Below are positions 29,901 through 43,600 of a DNA stretch of 64,000 nucleotides, piece after piece. This DNA is from Tubulanus polymorphus. Lineage: Eukaryota > Animalia > Nemertea. Position numbers and translations under genes: made by a program. The first letter of the stretch is position 1. Each line of letters begins with the position of its first letter. The DNA is taken from the NCBI RefSeq assembly GCF_964204645.1, contig NC_134026.1:22726150-22790149 (forward strand), in the 5' to 3' direction. The notes under the pieces are model-generated. The model did not search any database. It was given only the letters and a program-made list of their open reading frames with translations, and was not told the DNA's origin.

Positions 29901-32900
29901 AATTCCGATGATTATCTCAATGGTTCCAATTCTTTTTTTATTTTACACTAAATCTATATCTAGGTTTATTAGTACATTTGTCTTTAAGATTTGAGAAAAT
30001 AATTCCAAATATCAACATTCTGAATTGTATTGCTACTAGCTATAATCAATTTTGAAACACTTTTGAAAGCAAACAGGTCTAATTTTCATAAACATATTAT
30101 CTATATATATATTTCATCAAGGATAGTTACTATATGTAATCGTTAATGAATTAGTTTTAGTAATATTAATCAACGAATAATAAAAGTTGAGGAGTTAATA
30201 GTCACGGGTAGTCAGTCAATCGGATTAACACAGGATATAGGTGCAGAGTTTTTATTGACACGGCAATGATGGTGCATACTACGACAGTATAAGCAGCAAC
30301 AGCGGGGGTCACTCCTGATGTGAGAAAATAGAGAAATAGACGAAGAAGATCATCACATTATCATCAGATTAACATATGACATGATGAGCAGTTGGTGGTG
30401 TTATACAATAAACTTCAATGAGCTCTCGATTCTTCCTTTACAACGATCAAAATTGATTTATACCATGCTTTACAACGATTTCCAAAATTTTCACTCAATT
30501 TTCATCAACTTTAACCGGACTCCCTACGAGCTCGTGCAAAGTTTACTGCGATTCGAATGACAGGGTTACAGCGCTATGCACTCATGAATAATATCTATAA
30601 TCTTTTATGCAAACATCCGCTGCTAAAAATAGCGAGGTACGTTTCGGAGGCAAGACAAATACCGGGATTACAAAAAAAATGTATGTGATATAATCTGCAT
30701 ATCAAATCCATCGACAATGTAATGATAAACAGCACAGTATTTGTCCCCACCGCTATAATAATTAATCAGGTGGGTATAGAATTAAGGATATAATGAATAA
30801 ATATCATAAGCAGCATGCGGATGATGCAATATGAGAACAGTATTAAATTCTCAATTCTGTCAGTTTCTTGGATCACTTCCCATCAGGCTTTAGTCATACT
30901 AAATCTGCACAAGGGTTCAAACTATCGACCATATAAAGGGTCTAAGTATCCAACCAGGCTTTTCTATGCAATGCGCCGTTATCATATCTTACAACCCGAT
31001 CTTTCGTAGGTAAAAACCGTGCTTGAGAATCGTGGCCACAGAATGAACGCATCATCGCCACGATCATTTGGTGAATGAAAAGGTTTTTGAAGAGATTCAG
31101 TGCACAAAACATCATACACGAGATTGAGCACGAATTTAGGGGGTTTGAATGATTAATTACACAGCATGAAGTTCAATTTGTTATCGTATTGCTAGGGGGG
31201 TGAACCAAGAAAAGTTATAGTTTTAGCGGTAGAATTCATGGAAAGATCGAGAAAAGTAACACTTACTTGTGATCCGGAAGCTGTCTGATAGTATGTTCCA
31301 GATACAGGAGTATACATAGCTGCCTGAGTATAGTCTGTGTAGTTTTGCCTGAAACATTCATTTACAAACATAGATGATTAACCAAAATAATTCACGATAA
31401 CAATCGGTACACCATTCAATATTCTATTCAGTTCATTTCAATAAATTGCAGTTTATAACACAGAAACATTTTGAGATTCAATCTCAGTAAAACTCAGCTC
31501 TCTACAGATCTAAACATTTAGAAGGATCCAGGAACTGAACACAAATTATATCCGTCAAATACATGTTGGTTACTTTACCTGAATTCAGTTAGAAACGAGT
31601 TTAAAAGAACATTTAAATAAAAAAAATCGAACACATAAATGGACAAGGAGAGGTCCTAGTTACGTTTTCAGATGTTTCTCGATTCAAGTTTTCATCGTCC
31701 CTTTAGAGACTTTTTATGTGAAATATAAATTTCAAAAAAAATAGATGATATACATCAGATGTTGCCCATAGGTCAAATTATAATAACTCAATCAAGAAAC
31801 ATTGTTTAAACAAACTAAGAACAATTAAATCACAGTGAAGTAGGTGAAAGTTTGGTCTCAGAATTTGTAACGGAGCTAGATTTCCATTTCATGATCAATT
31901 TATCAAGTTTTAGCAATATTTTTAATGGAAACCCAGCCCGAACGAACTGTGTGCAAAACAAGAACAAAGCATCAAAATTTTGGCTCAACTATCTGTTACG
32001 AACAACAATATTTGCTTGTGGTGAACAAGAATCAAGTTAGGTCAAATTGTCCGATTCAAAGCTTCTCAAAATCGAAAAAATTTTGCCGCCTACAAACGTA
32101 GCATTCGTGTGAGCTAGCGAGCGGCAAAAAATTCATCGGAATCTTGAATACGGCCATGTGCCACTACAACACTGCAACATTCTTGTGAAAACTCTCACAT
32201 TTGTCCATTTGTAGCGGCATATACAGTAGGATCGGAACTTTCCACATACTGGACATGAGCTGGATATACAGTCTGTCCAGCAGCTGCTTGAAGAGTCACT
32301 GTTTCCGTTGTGTTTGCATTCTCTTGCGTGTTGTTCTGTTCAGCTGCCGCAACTGATGCTTGCAAAGAAAGAAAAAACGTAAGCAACTAGTAACATCCCC
32401 ACTAACAAAATAGAACACGTGACGATCAAATAAGACTATTTCATACAGTTCATTGTGAAGAGTCTCTAATCGGATTAATCTGAATCTCAGGATCGTATAT
32501 CGTTTTTAATGCAGTTTATCTCGATGCAGCTTTGTACTTGATCACAATTCATAGACAAAGCTACATTAGCTAAGATACATACACTTAGATCATCGTTGAA
32601 ACACTGATTCCTCATATTATCTTTTATATATGATAACTTTTTCGATCAATTCGAAGCTTCTTTTTAATCTAGTAGAACACAAAATGAGCAGTTCCACTTT
32701 GTGAAATTAGAAAATAATTGAAAATATCGCGCAATAAAAGATTGGGTTCTTACTTGTTACGATAAACTGCTGTCCGGTTTGAGCGGACTGGATGATAGTA
32801 GCAGTTTGTGGAGCTGCTTTCGTCGGCGTCTGTGGTGACTGACTAGGAGTATTACTCTGTGTTCCTAAAGCCTACAAAGACACGACATTCCGAATATCGC

Positions 32901-33182
32901 CATTAGAAACAATAGCCCGAGTTGCTCTCGCATTCCGAATATGAAGTCAAATCAATTCCCATTTCGTTCATTTCTAGCGGCCATCGTTATCTTAAAGTCG
33001 CTCGCTACTAGTCGAGCGACGATCGATTGGAAATTTCTCGGTCAATATCTGCCCTGAAAACGCACCGTTGAACGGCGTGAACAAAAGATTTCATTATTCC
33101 CATCATCGATTCACATTGTACTCACCTGGATATTATTGGCGTTAATAGCCTGCATCTCTGTAACGTATGTTTGTGTCGCCAT
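23927..33182 (-). CDS. RFX: RFX1/2/3-class winged-helix transcription factor (daf-19/Rfx-like)
   Basis: Start [12 protein letters not shown] (RFX1-like) at 33182. Exons: 33203-33126, 32871-32754, ~32355-32199, 31348-31267, 29852-29733 (HTTRASPAT), DBD exon 27364-27183 or 27106-26925, 26299-26183 ([13 protein letters not shown]), 26084-25850, ~25755-25665, ~25576-25423 ([10 protein letters not shown]), ~25341-25094 ([18 protein letters not shown]), ~25012-24804, 24717-24564 ([21 protein letters not shown]), 24247-23927. Confidence 0.96.
26925..27106 (-). CDS. RFX: RFX DNA-binding-domain exon, copy A (mutually exclusive)
   Basis: ccttag|[61 protein letters not shown]|gtagag; 182 nt, phase 0-2. 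Confidence 0.93.
27183..27364 (-). CDS. RFX: RFX DNA-binding-domain exon, copy B (mutually exclusive)
   Basis: tgttag|[61 protein letters not shown]|gtagtc; 182 nt, phase 0-2. Confidence 0.9.
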
Positions 33183-33495
33183 GAAACTGTCCTCTTGTTC
33201 TGCCTGAAAATACACAAGGATTGTAAACACGGTCAGCATTACAGTACATTAGATAACGAAAAAAACAAAAACTTACTTTAATCATGAAAAAAGAATCGGT
33301 CATATTTTGCACTAAAACTAGTCTTTCATAAAAATGCTTTATTGAAAGCCAATTATCGATGTTTGTTGCAGGAATTGCACTCGGATAATATCATAAAAGT
33401 AACAATGCAAGCCGACAATTAATTCGTCAAGCGTTATGGATGTCCTGTGGATGCCGAGTTTGTCATTAGCAGATTAAGACTATTGATTCATATGC

Positions 33496-33528
<33 letters not shown>

Positions 33529-33531
33529 GAG
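33496..33531. repeat. (GA)n microsatellite
   Basis: GA run with one interruption, in the RFX 5' region. Confidence 0.85.
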
Positions 33532-36500
33532 GGGGAAGCCAACCACAATAATGCGTGAGCTTTGCAGTATCGATGTTAAACCTGAAAAACACAAACTACC
33601 ACGCTAGGCTTCAAAATATAGATTTATTTTCATTCCTATTCTTAGACGATGCCAAAGTATAAATCAACATCATGCAAAGCCGTTGACAATGCTACATGGA
33701 AATTATGTGATAATGAAACTCAATCTAAATTCAAATACAAATCTTTAACCGGTCCTAGAATATTTACTGGCGTGGCACCAATAGGCAAAAAGTATAAAGC
33801 ATTCTTTTTAAGGGACGTTGCAAATTTGTGACTTCACAGTCCAAAACTTTCATCACAACAAACCTCTACTTAACCACAATAGCCAAACACAATACCCTTG
33901 AAAATAGGATTCAAGCCGAGATCTCAAAGTAGAAATTACGGTTTTACAACAACTTAGCCTTACGCTTGATAATCAAACTAACAACTATTAACGGTGATAA
34001 TAAGATGCGGTCTCACCTGAAGAAAATCCACCCATGGCCCCATGTTTAACACACTGTCAATAGCATCCACCATCGACAACTCTCATTACATTCACACGTC
34101 TCTGAGTCTCAGTGAACGAACGAACGAATAAGGCAGGGTATTAAATGCCAGGTATGCTGCTAATACCTGCATGCAATTCGCTGCATGCGCATGTTGCACT
34201 TAATTGATTAATCGCATCAAACTGCTTTTGTTCCAAAGCTTCCAATATTTTCAGTGTTTTCACGGTGCAGAAATATCAATCGTCGAATCGCTTAATGAAA
34301 TGACACACACACAGACAAACACACGCGCGAGGTCAGGCGTAATCGTCCGATTCAAAATCTATTTCATTTGACGCTGAATAAACAGGGTCCAGCTTCACAA
34401 ATTTCCGACCAAATGATGTCATTAATAATTAAAACACCATTGTGAAACAAGTCAGTTTAGCAAAACTGGCCCATGAATCATGACAGCACGGCCAAGCCAT
34501 ACAACTGAACGATTCAATATCAGTCCGATAGTACCAAATAACCAGGTCCCTATTATAAGTCAACTTATTTCTGCCGCATTTTTCGATGAAATTATTATTG
34601 TCGGTTTCTTCTTTCCTGTAGTCATTCTTTTTACAGTAGTCATTATATTTCAGCAGCGGAGCATATTACGACTAACTGCATTTTATTACTGTCTTCACAG
34701 TGCAATTTAGCCACCGATATAAGTTTATTTTCTATTCATACACAAACTAATGGGACTGTTCAGCCGGAAGTTCCCCGATGAGCACGGGTTTCAATATAGT
34801 ACCTATGCATGGGGATGATAAAATTGGCACCGAGCGTTCGTCACTCGTTCGAACGTAGTTTACTATAATATGAGCCATCAATGAAAACAATACGCGCGCA
34901 CACACGCTGAAAGAATGGGAATTCTCATGACAAACTGCTATTAATGATTATCTTTATCGAGTGACAGCCACTACGCAGCGACTACAAGACAACCAGACCA
35001 GAAATTGACAAAAAGTTATCTTTCTATATTGCATGTCCCACCAGGATGACGTCTCATTGATCAAATACCTGTTCTAGCGCTCGCATGGCAACCTAATCGC
35101 TGAAGATGTATCCATGGCGAAACTATGGAAGCGGTTAACATGCGATCAGAATTGCTTTCAATTTGCTGACTCGCAGCTTAAGAAAAATCGCTAATTCACG
35201 GAAAGCAATAGACAAATGTACGGAATGTCAGCATGATCAGAATGATGATCACTTGTAGAAGTCATACATAGCCGATTACTGCTGGAATAATTTCCAATAC
35301 AAAGTAAACTTCAGAGCTATGTACAGCTTTCATCTAGCCTACGCGCACTTGAGGCAGACCTTTCACCTTATACGGATGTAAACTTAATTAGGCTTATCTA
35401 TGTTGAAATTTAAACTGGACTCACTTCATTATGTGGTCTTGGGGACTAATAGGTCAATCAAACTCATTACAATGCCTGTAGACCTAACGAATGGCTTTTT
35501 CATGAAAAACGAGAGCAGCCTGCGATACCCTTCACATCGGCCTAAGGCCCTACGCATAGAATTTGAATTTTTCAACCCTCCTTCCAAGGTACGCAAAATC
35601 TGCCATTTTTCCATATACATTTTAAGCATTACAGTGATGCAATTGCTCTTAGCCCTCCCATTCCCCTTATGCGTGTAATAAATCAATGACCCCATACATT
35701 CAAAGTCTAAGACTAGAGCCCGTAGCCTCTACACTTTCTAAACTGATGCTTAAGTAAAGCTTGATCTACAAAAGACCTCTGTGACACATAGGCCTAGTTT
35801 TCATTTATAGGCTTCAGATAACATTGATCTAGAATTATCTAACCTTAATTTTGAAGTAGGGCCTTAATTTTTCCCCTGCTTAATCAAACAACTTTGAGAT
35901 GGGGAAATAACAAAAATCTATATCCCTTGTTGTATGAATTGGTAATTCAACGTACTGAGTAGGCCTACCTTACATCTATCTTTTGTCTGGGATTAGTTTG
36001 AATATTTTGTCTCAAATTTATCTTAAAACGATCGGTGAAACTGTGCAATCGTTTTTATTCATTTTTTGAAGGATTTTCAGAGTCTTCATTTCTCATGAAT
36101 AGAGAAAAGTTATGCCATTAATTTTTAACAATATTATATTTCCTGTGTTTCCATGCCATGAACCATGATTTTTGATGATATGAAAATCATTTCAAATGGG
36201 AGGCATGGAAACATATTGTTAAAATTGATTTAGTTCACAAGATGGAGTCTCTTTGATGAGTTAAGACTATTTGGCAATCCTTGTACATAGTAAAATGGAT
36301 AAAAGAGATGGCAGACCAAAAGTAAACTTCAACAGAATGTAGTATATTGATGAGGAGGCTTAATTAGCCCTTGTATCCTCATAAAACTGGCTAAAGTTCC
36401 ACTTACAAAACAAGCGATGTTTAAATAAGATAGGAGATAAAATTGATATCATTTTCACTTTTTTTGGCATCATCAGCTTTGTTTTCAGTCTGTTCATCAG

Positions 36501-36960
36501 TCAGAGAGCGACCAGGATGACAGTTATAATAGGAAGGCGGAGGACAGAGTATCACTGTCAGTGTCAGTGATCACTCAAAACTAAATACCAATACTGGCAA
36601 CCAACAACGAGAGATGATGACGGTAAAATTTAGACCCTAATTCATACTTTCAGTTTATGTTTTAAATGTGTAAGTCTAAATGTGTAAATCTTACACAGTA
36701 TTCAACTGATGAATATTTGCATCACTTGGCAACATTCAGCATATGAATCTCAAGCGCTGAGAAGAATCCCCAGTTGCCAGTGCCTACCTCACAACCACAC
36801 AAACCAATGGCAACCGAGCTGAAAACCAAACGCTTCAATATTAGCCCAAAATACTCGTCGATTCCAACCCAAAATATTTCTAGAACACCTAGATGTAACC
36901 CTGAACGCAACGATAACACTAGAAAATCGACTACTAAAGCGAAAATAACGTAAAAATCAC

Positions 36961-37333
36961 CTGAGCTGTTGGTGGGTAACAGTCGTCACAGCTACCGTGG
37001 CTATGGCGTTTATTCCTACGGCAACAGTTGCCAGACTCACTGCATAATCAAATTCGTCGATTCGTCCGCCGGGAACTAATTTAAATACGGCAAAATTTCG
37101 TAAATTCGCGTCGGATCGACTCGGTACCGTTTTACGATATACGCTAACGATCGTATACGATAATGGTATCCTTTACGATGCGAGTCTTCCGCGTGTTTAG
37201 GGAAGTGTTACGGCTTTCGTAGAAACTAGTTTCTGTGGCGGTGTGGTTGATAGGCAGTTATTCGGCATAGCGACGCCATCTTGGCATCATCTCGGTGACG
37301 ACAAAATGGCGGATCAACGAGCGTCATGACAAC
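36961..37333 (-). promoter_or_regulatory. Probable distal RFX promoter and non-coding first exon
   Basis: CpG-rich patch; donor CAG|gtgatt at 36961; YY1-type CGCCATCTT (37274) and AAAATGGCGG (37303); X-box-like GTTGTCATGACGC (37321-37333, minus strand); several GGCAAC/GGTAAC half-sites. Confidence 0.55.
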
Positions 37334-37965
37334 AAAAGCTTTGTGCACAAAAATCAATATTTTTCCCAAATCTATATTTCAATTTGAAATAAACGATTAA
37401 TACACGGAAAATCACCCCCTGATGAATATATGAAGCTTGATATTGAGTTAAAATGAATTTAAAGAATTATTTTACTAATTCCCGCTAATTCAGTAAAAAG
37501 AAATACGTTGTTGAAAACGCACAGGATCATTTCAAAACGCAAATCATCAAATGAGCGATTAATTCAATTATTTGATAAAAATTTTTTTTCTAATTATTTT
37601 TAATTACATATGAAAAGATATCATTGAATGTGGGTAATTATCATTACACGTAAGAAAAATTAATTGTAATTTCAAATAATTTCAAGGACTGATGCTAAGA
37701 TTAGGATTAATAACTAAAAAGATTTAAATACATACAAAACAAAGACTTTTCATTTCCCAAAACTAGTTTATTGTTAACTTTATAACAAAAATCTCACTTA
37801 CAATTCACCACGCAAACTTGTTTGCAATTTTTTAAAATATCATTTTCTAGTTGATATTTTCGAAATAGTGAGTTTTAGTTCGATTCCTCATAGTCTCTAG
37901 ATCAAACGATGAAGGAAGTGTAAAAAGCAACCTTCGACAAAATGATCCTCAATCTTTCACTTAAT

Positions 37966-38937
37966 TCAAGACACATGTGAAGGATAATGTTGTTTTTTCT
38001 CTGCATCATAAGAAACATTTCCAGTTCTCAAAATAAGTTCTTCATCGTTAAACCACATTTGATAATCGAATTCCGGAAAGAAGAAATTGATTTCTTTTTT
38101 AGCTGATTCTGCAGAATCTGTAAATAAAAGAAACATTTTGCTTATATAGCTTATATGTTTACATAGGAATATTAAATGATAACAGGAACATAAGGAACAT
38201 TTAGATACCTGAACCATGGGTTCCATTTCTTGTATCAGTAAGCCCATATAATCCACGTAGTGTGTTTGGCTGTTCATATAATGTCCTGAAAGTTTTCATT
38301 TTTACTAAATTAACTCTCTCACAACCTTTACTCTCATTTAGTGACTTATTTTATTCTGATAAATCTAACCTGAATACTTTTGTTGGCCCCATCAATTTTC
38401 TCCATTCAGCTATAGCATCTTCTCTGGCTAGTATATGAGCATACAGTGGTCCACTGAAATATAAATATTTGTTTCAAATAATTTGACAAGGACCCAACAT
38501 TCTTTATACATCTTGCAGCATAAAAATGTGAAATTCACCTTGACATGTAGAGCACCAGTCTGTTGTGGAAGAACTTCCCTGAAATTAATCAGAAAATGCT
38601 TTTTATATCATAAATAACATTTTTGGACTTTTTTTGCAATAAATGACGTTGGCCTACCAGTATGTTCCTTATAAAATTCAGCAGCTCTCTCTTGACTTAA
38701 TTTCAGAACTTTAGACCGAACAAATAAGAAATTATTCTGTAATATCCGATCATGGATTCCCTGGAATGGATAAGACAAATTAATTAATCAATTGAGAGGT
38801 CTGTTATCTGGGCATTCACAATATTTTTATTTGAATAGTCTTACCTGAATGAGGTGAGGTTGGGCGACTAGATCAGGCTTCAGTAAAGCTAGCGTCAGTT
38901 GCAAGACATTGCGAGTCACCTGACTATTGATTGGCAT
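37966..38937 (-). CDS. NME6: Nucleoside diphosphate kinase 6
   Basis: Six exons (38937-38845, ~38760-38658, ~38578-38539, ~38454-38370, ~38286-38208, 38117-37966): LQLTLALLKPD, FYKEHTGKFFHNRLVLYMSSGP, WRKLMGPTKVFR, GLTDTRNGTHGSDS (catalytic His), EINFFFPEF. Confidence 0.93.
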
Positions 38938-39449
38938 TGCACGAAGTACCTAAAATAATTTTAAAAATTCTCGTCTTACGAGAAGAAAAAAATTTCTTTC
39001 ACAGGGGTCTGATGCAACTTCTTTTCACACCAAAGCCTAGCATCATAGAGCTCAGGGTCTTGTATCAGAGTTGTAAAAATCTTTTAATCCAGAATAATTA
39101 TTTTATTGACACAGTATCAACAGATTGAAATACTGTGTCTTATCAATTTAGTTTTTTTTTACACTGATCGAATTCGGAGATAAAAAAAACCATGACGCTC
39201 CTTTGAAAAATTATGTGTCGTTAATCAATTTGAGTTTCTTGGTTTTTTTTAAAATTCAGATTGTGACTGACATAACTTTTTTTCTCAAGTGCTTAGCCTA
39301 TTAATAATAAATCATATATAGAACGTGTACGCGTGGCTCGTGTAGGTACAAAAACGATAAGCTGTTTAGTCCAGTCTACTGTCTAATGTAAAATAAATAG
39401 GCCTTTTAGGCCTACTAAAAAAATGTTTTAGACACAAACAGTATTTCGG

Positions 39450-40345
39450 CAATTTAGCCATTGGCTGCTACAGCATGGCATCTTTCATTTTGTAAGAGAC
39501 GAATTTCAATACACGCAAGAAGGCACTTTAATGTTAGTAGTAGTAAATTGAGTAATTAAATACAATAATAGGCCTAAAAATGAAATGGACATCAAACTAT
39601 GGACCCAAACTATTTTATTAATGTTTGAACACAGTTATGGTAAACAAAACAAAAAGGTATGTGTAGGCTTCTTACTCAACTATAGAATTATGTACACGTT
39701 GAATTATTAGGCCGAATTATTTCCACATGCAAGATAAGATTTGAAGTGACCAGGGACATCTCGAATTATTAGAGGGCTATACACCAGCCAATCGGATGTA
39801 GCCTAGCAAAATAAGATAACGTCACTGGCCACAGTTTGAATTTGCACCAATCAACAATGGCGTGGCATAAAGCAACCGAGCAGAAACGTCAATAATTGGA
39901 CATATTCTGTTGTACTATCCACATAACATCGGTTGAATATTGTTGTCGATCGGAATAAAAAATGATTGGCTCAATAAGTTAAGAATATAATCAAATTTTA
40001 TATTATGGTTTATGCATGTTGCATTTGATATTTGATTTAATGAAAATCTGTTTCAAATGTCAACCGCTGATAAACTAGAGAAGGCATGTGTAACACATAG
40101 CAGATAGGAATTGCCCCCAATCAATAATTGTCGGGTTCTGTTCGATTTGAGCGTCATAAATATGATTTTGTGCACCAATTAGGTATTTATTGTTTAGTAA
40201 ACATGGGTCGGTGCTACGTCTAGAATAATTATTACCAAACACAGCCCTCTTTTGCTTTATGTTTCATTGAAATAACTGCAATAATGGTCTGGCGAAAGTA
40301 CAACAGCAGGCAAGTGCTCTCTGTTCCACCAGTAGATGGCGCATT
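39450..40345. promoter_or_regulatory. Divergent promoter region between NME6 and the alpha2delta-like gene, with a CTCF-like site
   Basis: Multiple CCAAT/ATTGG boxes (about 39460, 39788, 39847, 39965, 40117); CCAGTAGATGGCGC at 40329-40342 fits the CTCF core. Confidence 0.45.
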
Positions 40346-40647
40346 AGTTTTTAATTTTTTGTTAATTATCCGTATAAATTAGTGTCTCAAATAAATTATA
40401 TTTTGAATGTTAGTGTGAAGCTGTCTCAGAACTAATAGTTGATGAGATTTTTTAATAATGATTTTTGGAATTTTTTCTTACTGAAGTAAATTGATACGCA
40501 ACCCTCTGTTGTTGGCTCTTGGCCTTCGTGCTTTGCAATTAAAGAAATTCATTTTTCTTTTTTATCCAGGGAGAAGGAGAATGTAGTTGTTATGTATGTT
40601 TACAACAAATAGAGGTATAACCTGTCTAGACGAAGACAGTTGGCATA

Positions 40648-43600
40648 ATGGATGGCTTCGCAGTATTGAACATTATTCTGGTTTTCCTGATAACTTTGAA
40701 TTTCCCGACCAAAGGAACATACCAAACATTCTTGAACAGTAATGATGAAGAAGATGGAAATCTATCTGGAGATGTGCAAAACTGGGCTGTGCTTATTCAG
40801 AATTACATATTGCAGGTAGCTACCTTGTTTATTTGTCAATTAACCAAATGGCTACCTCAGATTTACTCTTGCTCCTCCTTTCTACCTATAGTTAGCCAGT
40901 GATGGAATTAAGAGAGAATATACTCAGAGCTATTTCGATAAGGCAAGTTATACATTTGAAAGGAAAGATGGTATGGCAGTTGTAAGGAAAGTACGCGATA
41001 AGCTTGGAGATTACTTCAGTCAAAAGAAAAAGGCAGCTCAGGTAAAGCCATGTGTGGGATCACTTACTAATCAACTTGTGTATTGAAAATTGTATTCAGA
41101 ATTTTGTCATAGGAAACTTTAATGTCATGTACGTTTACAGATTTAGGTAGATGTCTACTCTATATTGGATTTGCAAAACAGAAGGTTGTAGTTGATTAAG
41201 TTTCATGTTTCTGTTTCAGAGAATTGCTGACAAGATTGTGGAATTGTATGAAGAGTTCCAAGCCAATAACGGCTCATCGAAGATAGCTGGACTGAAATCT
41301 GTTGCAGCATTGTCCAAGGATACGTATAAAGATTCCGATGTACCATCCAGGCTTCCCGATGATATGATATTCAGTCCGTGAGTAAAAAATGATTTTTCCA
41401 GCTTACGTTTTCCACCAAAATCAGAAATGTGAAAGAAGAAAAGTGATGGTGTGGAGTGATTTTTTGAATTATATTGATAAGATTTTCTCTCACTTTGGTC
41501 AAAATATGTGTGAGATTTTGCTATAGGCTTGGATAGAAATTGACTTAATGCATTTGATATGCTTTTTTTCAGCTACTTCAAACAGAAGGTTAGCTTGAAT
41601 CATTCTACTGTAAAGATTTCGGATGAAGTGCCGAGAACTGATCGAGGTGTAATCGATACAGTGATGTTTACAAAAGAATTAGAGGAGATATTTAAACAGA
41701 ATGCCGCTGAAGATCGGTTGCTCAGGTCAGTAAATCTAGAAATATCAAGAGCTGTCAATGTTCAATTCATGGTAATGCTTTGTATAGCAATGCACAACTA
41801 GTAGTGAGTTAGACCTATCTGTATGAGATAATGATTAATAGTCTTCTGTGCTGCTAATAGATTGTTGTATTGATTATTGTTGTGTAATATAAATATTCGC
41901 ATAGCTGTATCTACTGAACAATGGAATCAATCACAATACCATCGATATTCGAAATGCATGTAAACATCTTAAAATTTCTTACGAAGTATTAATCTTATAT
42001 TGTTTTTCAGGTGGCAATATTTTGGATCAATCACAGGAGTTTTACGAATGTATCCCGGCCGAGAATGGGAAACAAATTTTGCCGGTTTCTACAATGATTA
42101 TGATCCACGTACTAGACCCTGGTACATTGCAGCTACTAGCGGACCCAAAGATGTAGTTATAGTTTTAGACTGTAGGTGAGTAAACGAATCCCTATTTTAG
42201 ATGTGATGCCTGCAACAAAATATTTAATTCAAGATTAGTAAACAGTAAATTATTGAAGCATCAAACCACACTTTATGAAATTTCAGTATTTCAATGAATG
42301 GTGAAAAGTTCACCATTGCAAAAGCAGTTGCAAAGACAGTCATCAATACATTGACAAAACAAGATTACCTGAATGTTGTGTGTGCACGTGCCAGTCATTG
42401 GGATGAAGTGGGAAAGTAAGTCATTAAGATTCATGCCACTGAATGAAGTGTGTTGATGTATAAATCAAGCAAGTCCGCCAATTGAAATTAGAAAATTAGA
42501 TCTGCATCTAAACTGTTTTGGTTTCAGGTGGCACTATTTTGATACTGAAGTGTTAAGCTGTCAGCGAGATAAAATGGTACCAGCCACTGTTGCTCATCGA
42601 AAAGATCTGATTGAAAAGATCTACAGTTTAAAACCGGGTGGAACTAGTGAAATGGAGTAAGCAGAAATAAACTTGAATGTACAGTGTACGCAAGTAACTC
42701 AAATTGAGAATATTTGTGAAAGATAATTGATATTTTTTACATCGTAGGAAAGGATTCGATATGGCTTTCGATTTGCTGCAAAGCCAAGGTCGCACTGGTT
42801 GCCATTCATTGATTGTGTTTGTTACTGATGGTAAAGATACAGATGGGGAAAATGTTCGTTGTGGACCAGGTACTGAAAACCTGTGCTTCATATCAAAACA
42901 CCTTTTGATTAAATAAGCTTATTAGGATTCAATATTTACATTTATATTTTGCAATATTTTCGTATCGTTTGAATCTAGGATATTACACAAGGAGTGGATA
43001 TGTTCCAGGACCAATTTGTAAATACAACTGGACAAAAGTGTGGGATGTCGTCGAACGACTTAATTTCAGAACAATACCTCAAGTAAGTCCCAGGACCTTT
43101 TACGTGAAAAGCACATCTTTGCGTTACACATGTACTTTTTATTCCTAATTTATGATATCTTTAGGCGAGAATCTTTAGTTATCTGACAAAAGACGATGGT
43201 GAAGTATTCCCAGGTCGGTTAGCCTGTGCCAATCGTGGAAGTTTACGTAAACTAGAAAATGGTGAGAACCTCATTACACAGATGCACAACTATTTCGGAT
43301 ATTTGTCGCAAAGTTCCAAGAACTTCCATGGTTTGTGGACATCACCATATTTAGATGCTTGGGGTCTGGGTCTGATGGTCACGCATGCAGTGCCGGCAAT
43401 CAGCAAAGATGGAACGTAAGTTTCAAGCAGAAATTACTTTGATTTATCTAAAGTGGTATGAATAATGGATGTATGATATTGACAAAAATATTTTCAAGGA
43501 TAGGAAAAATTTGCGATCTATTTCAAGAGCAAAGTTATTTGTTTAGGACGATTGGTGTAGCTGGTATCGATGCTACTCTAGATGAGATCGAAAACTTCTT

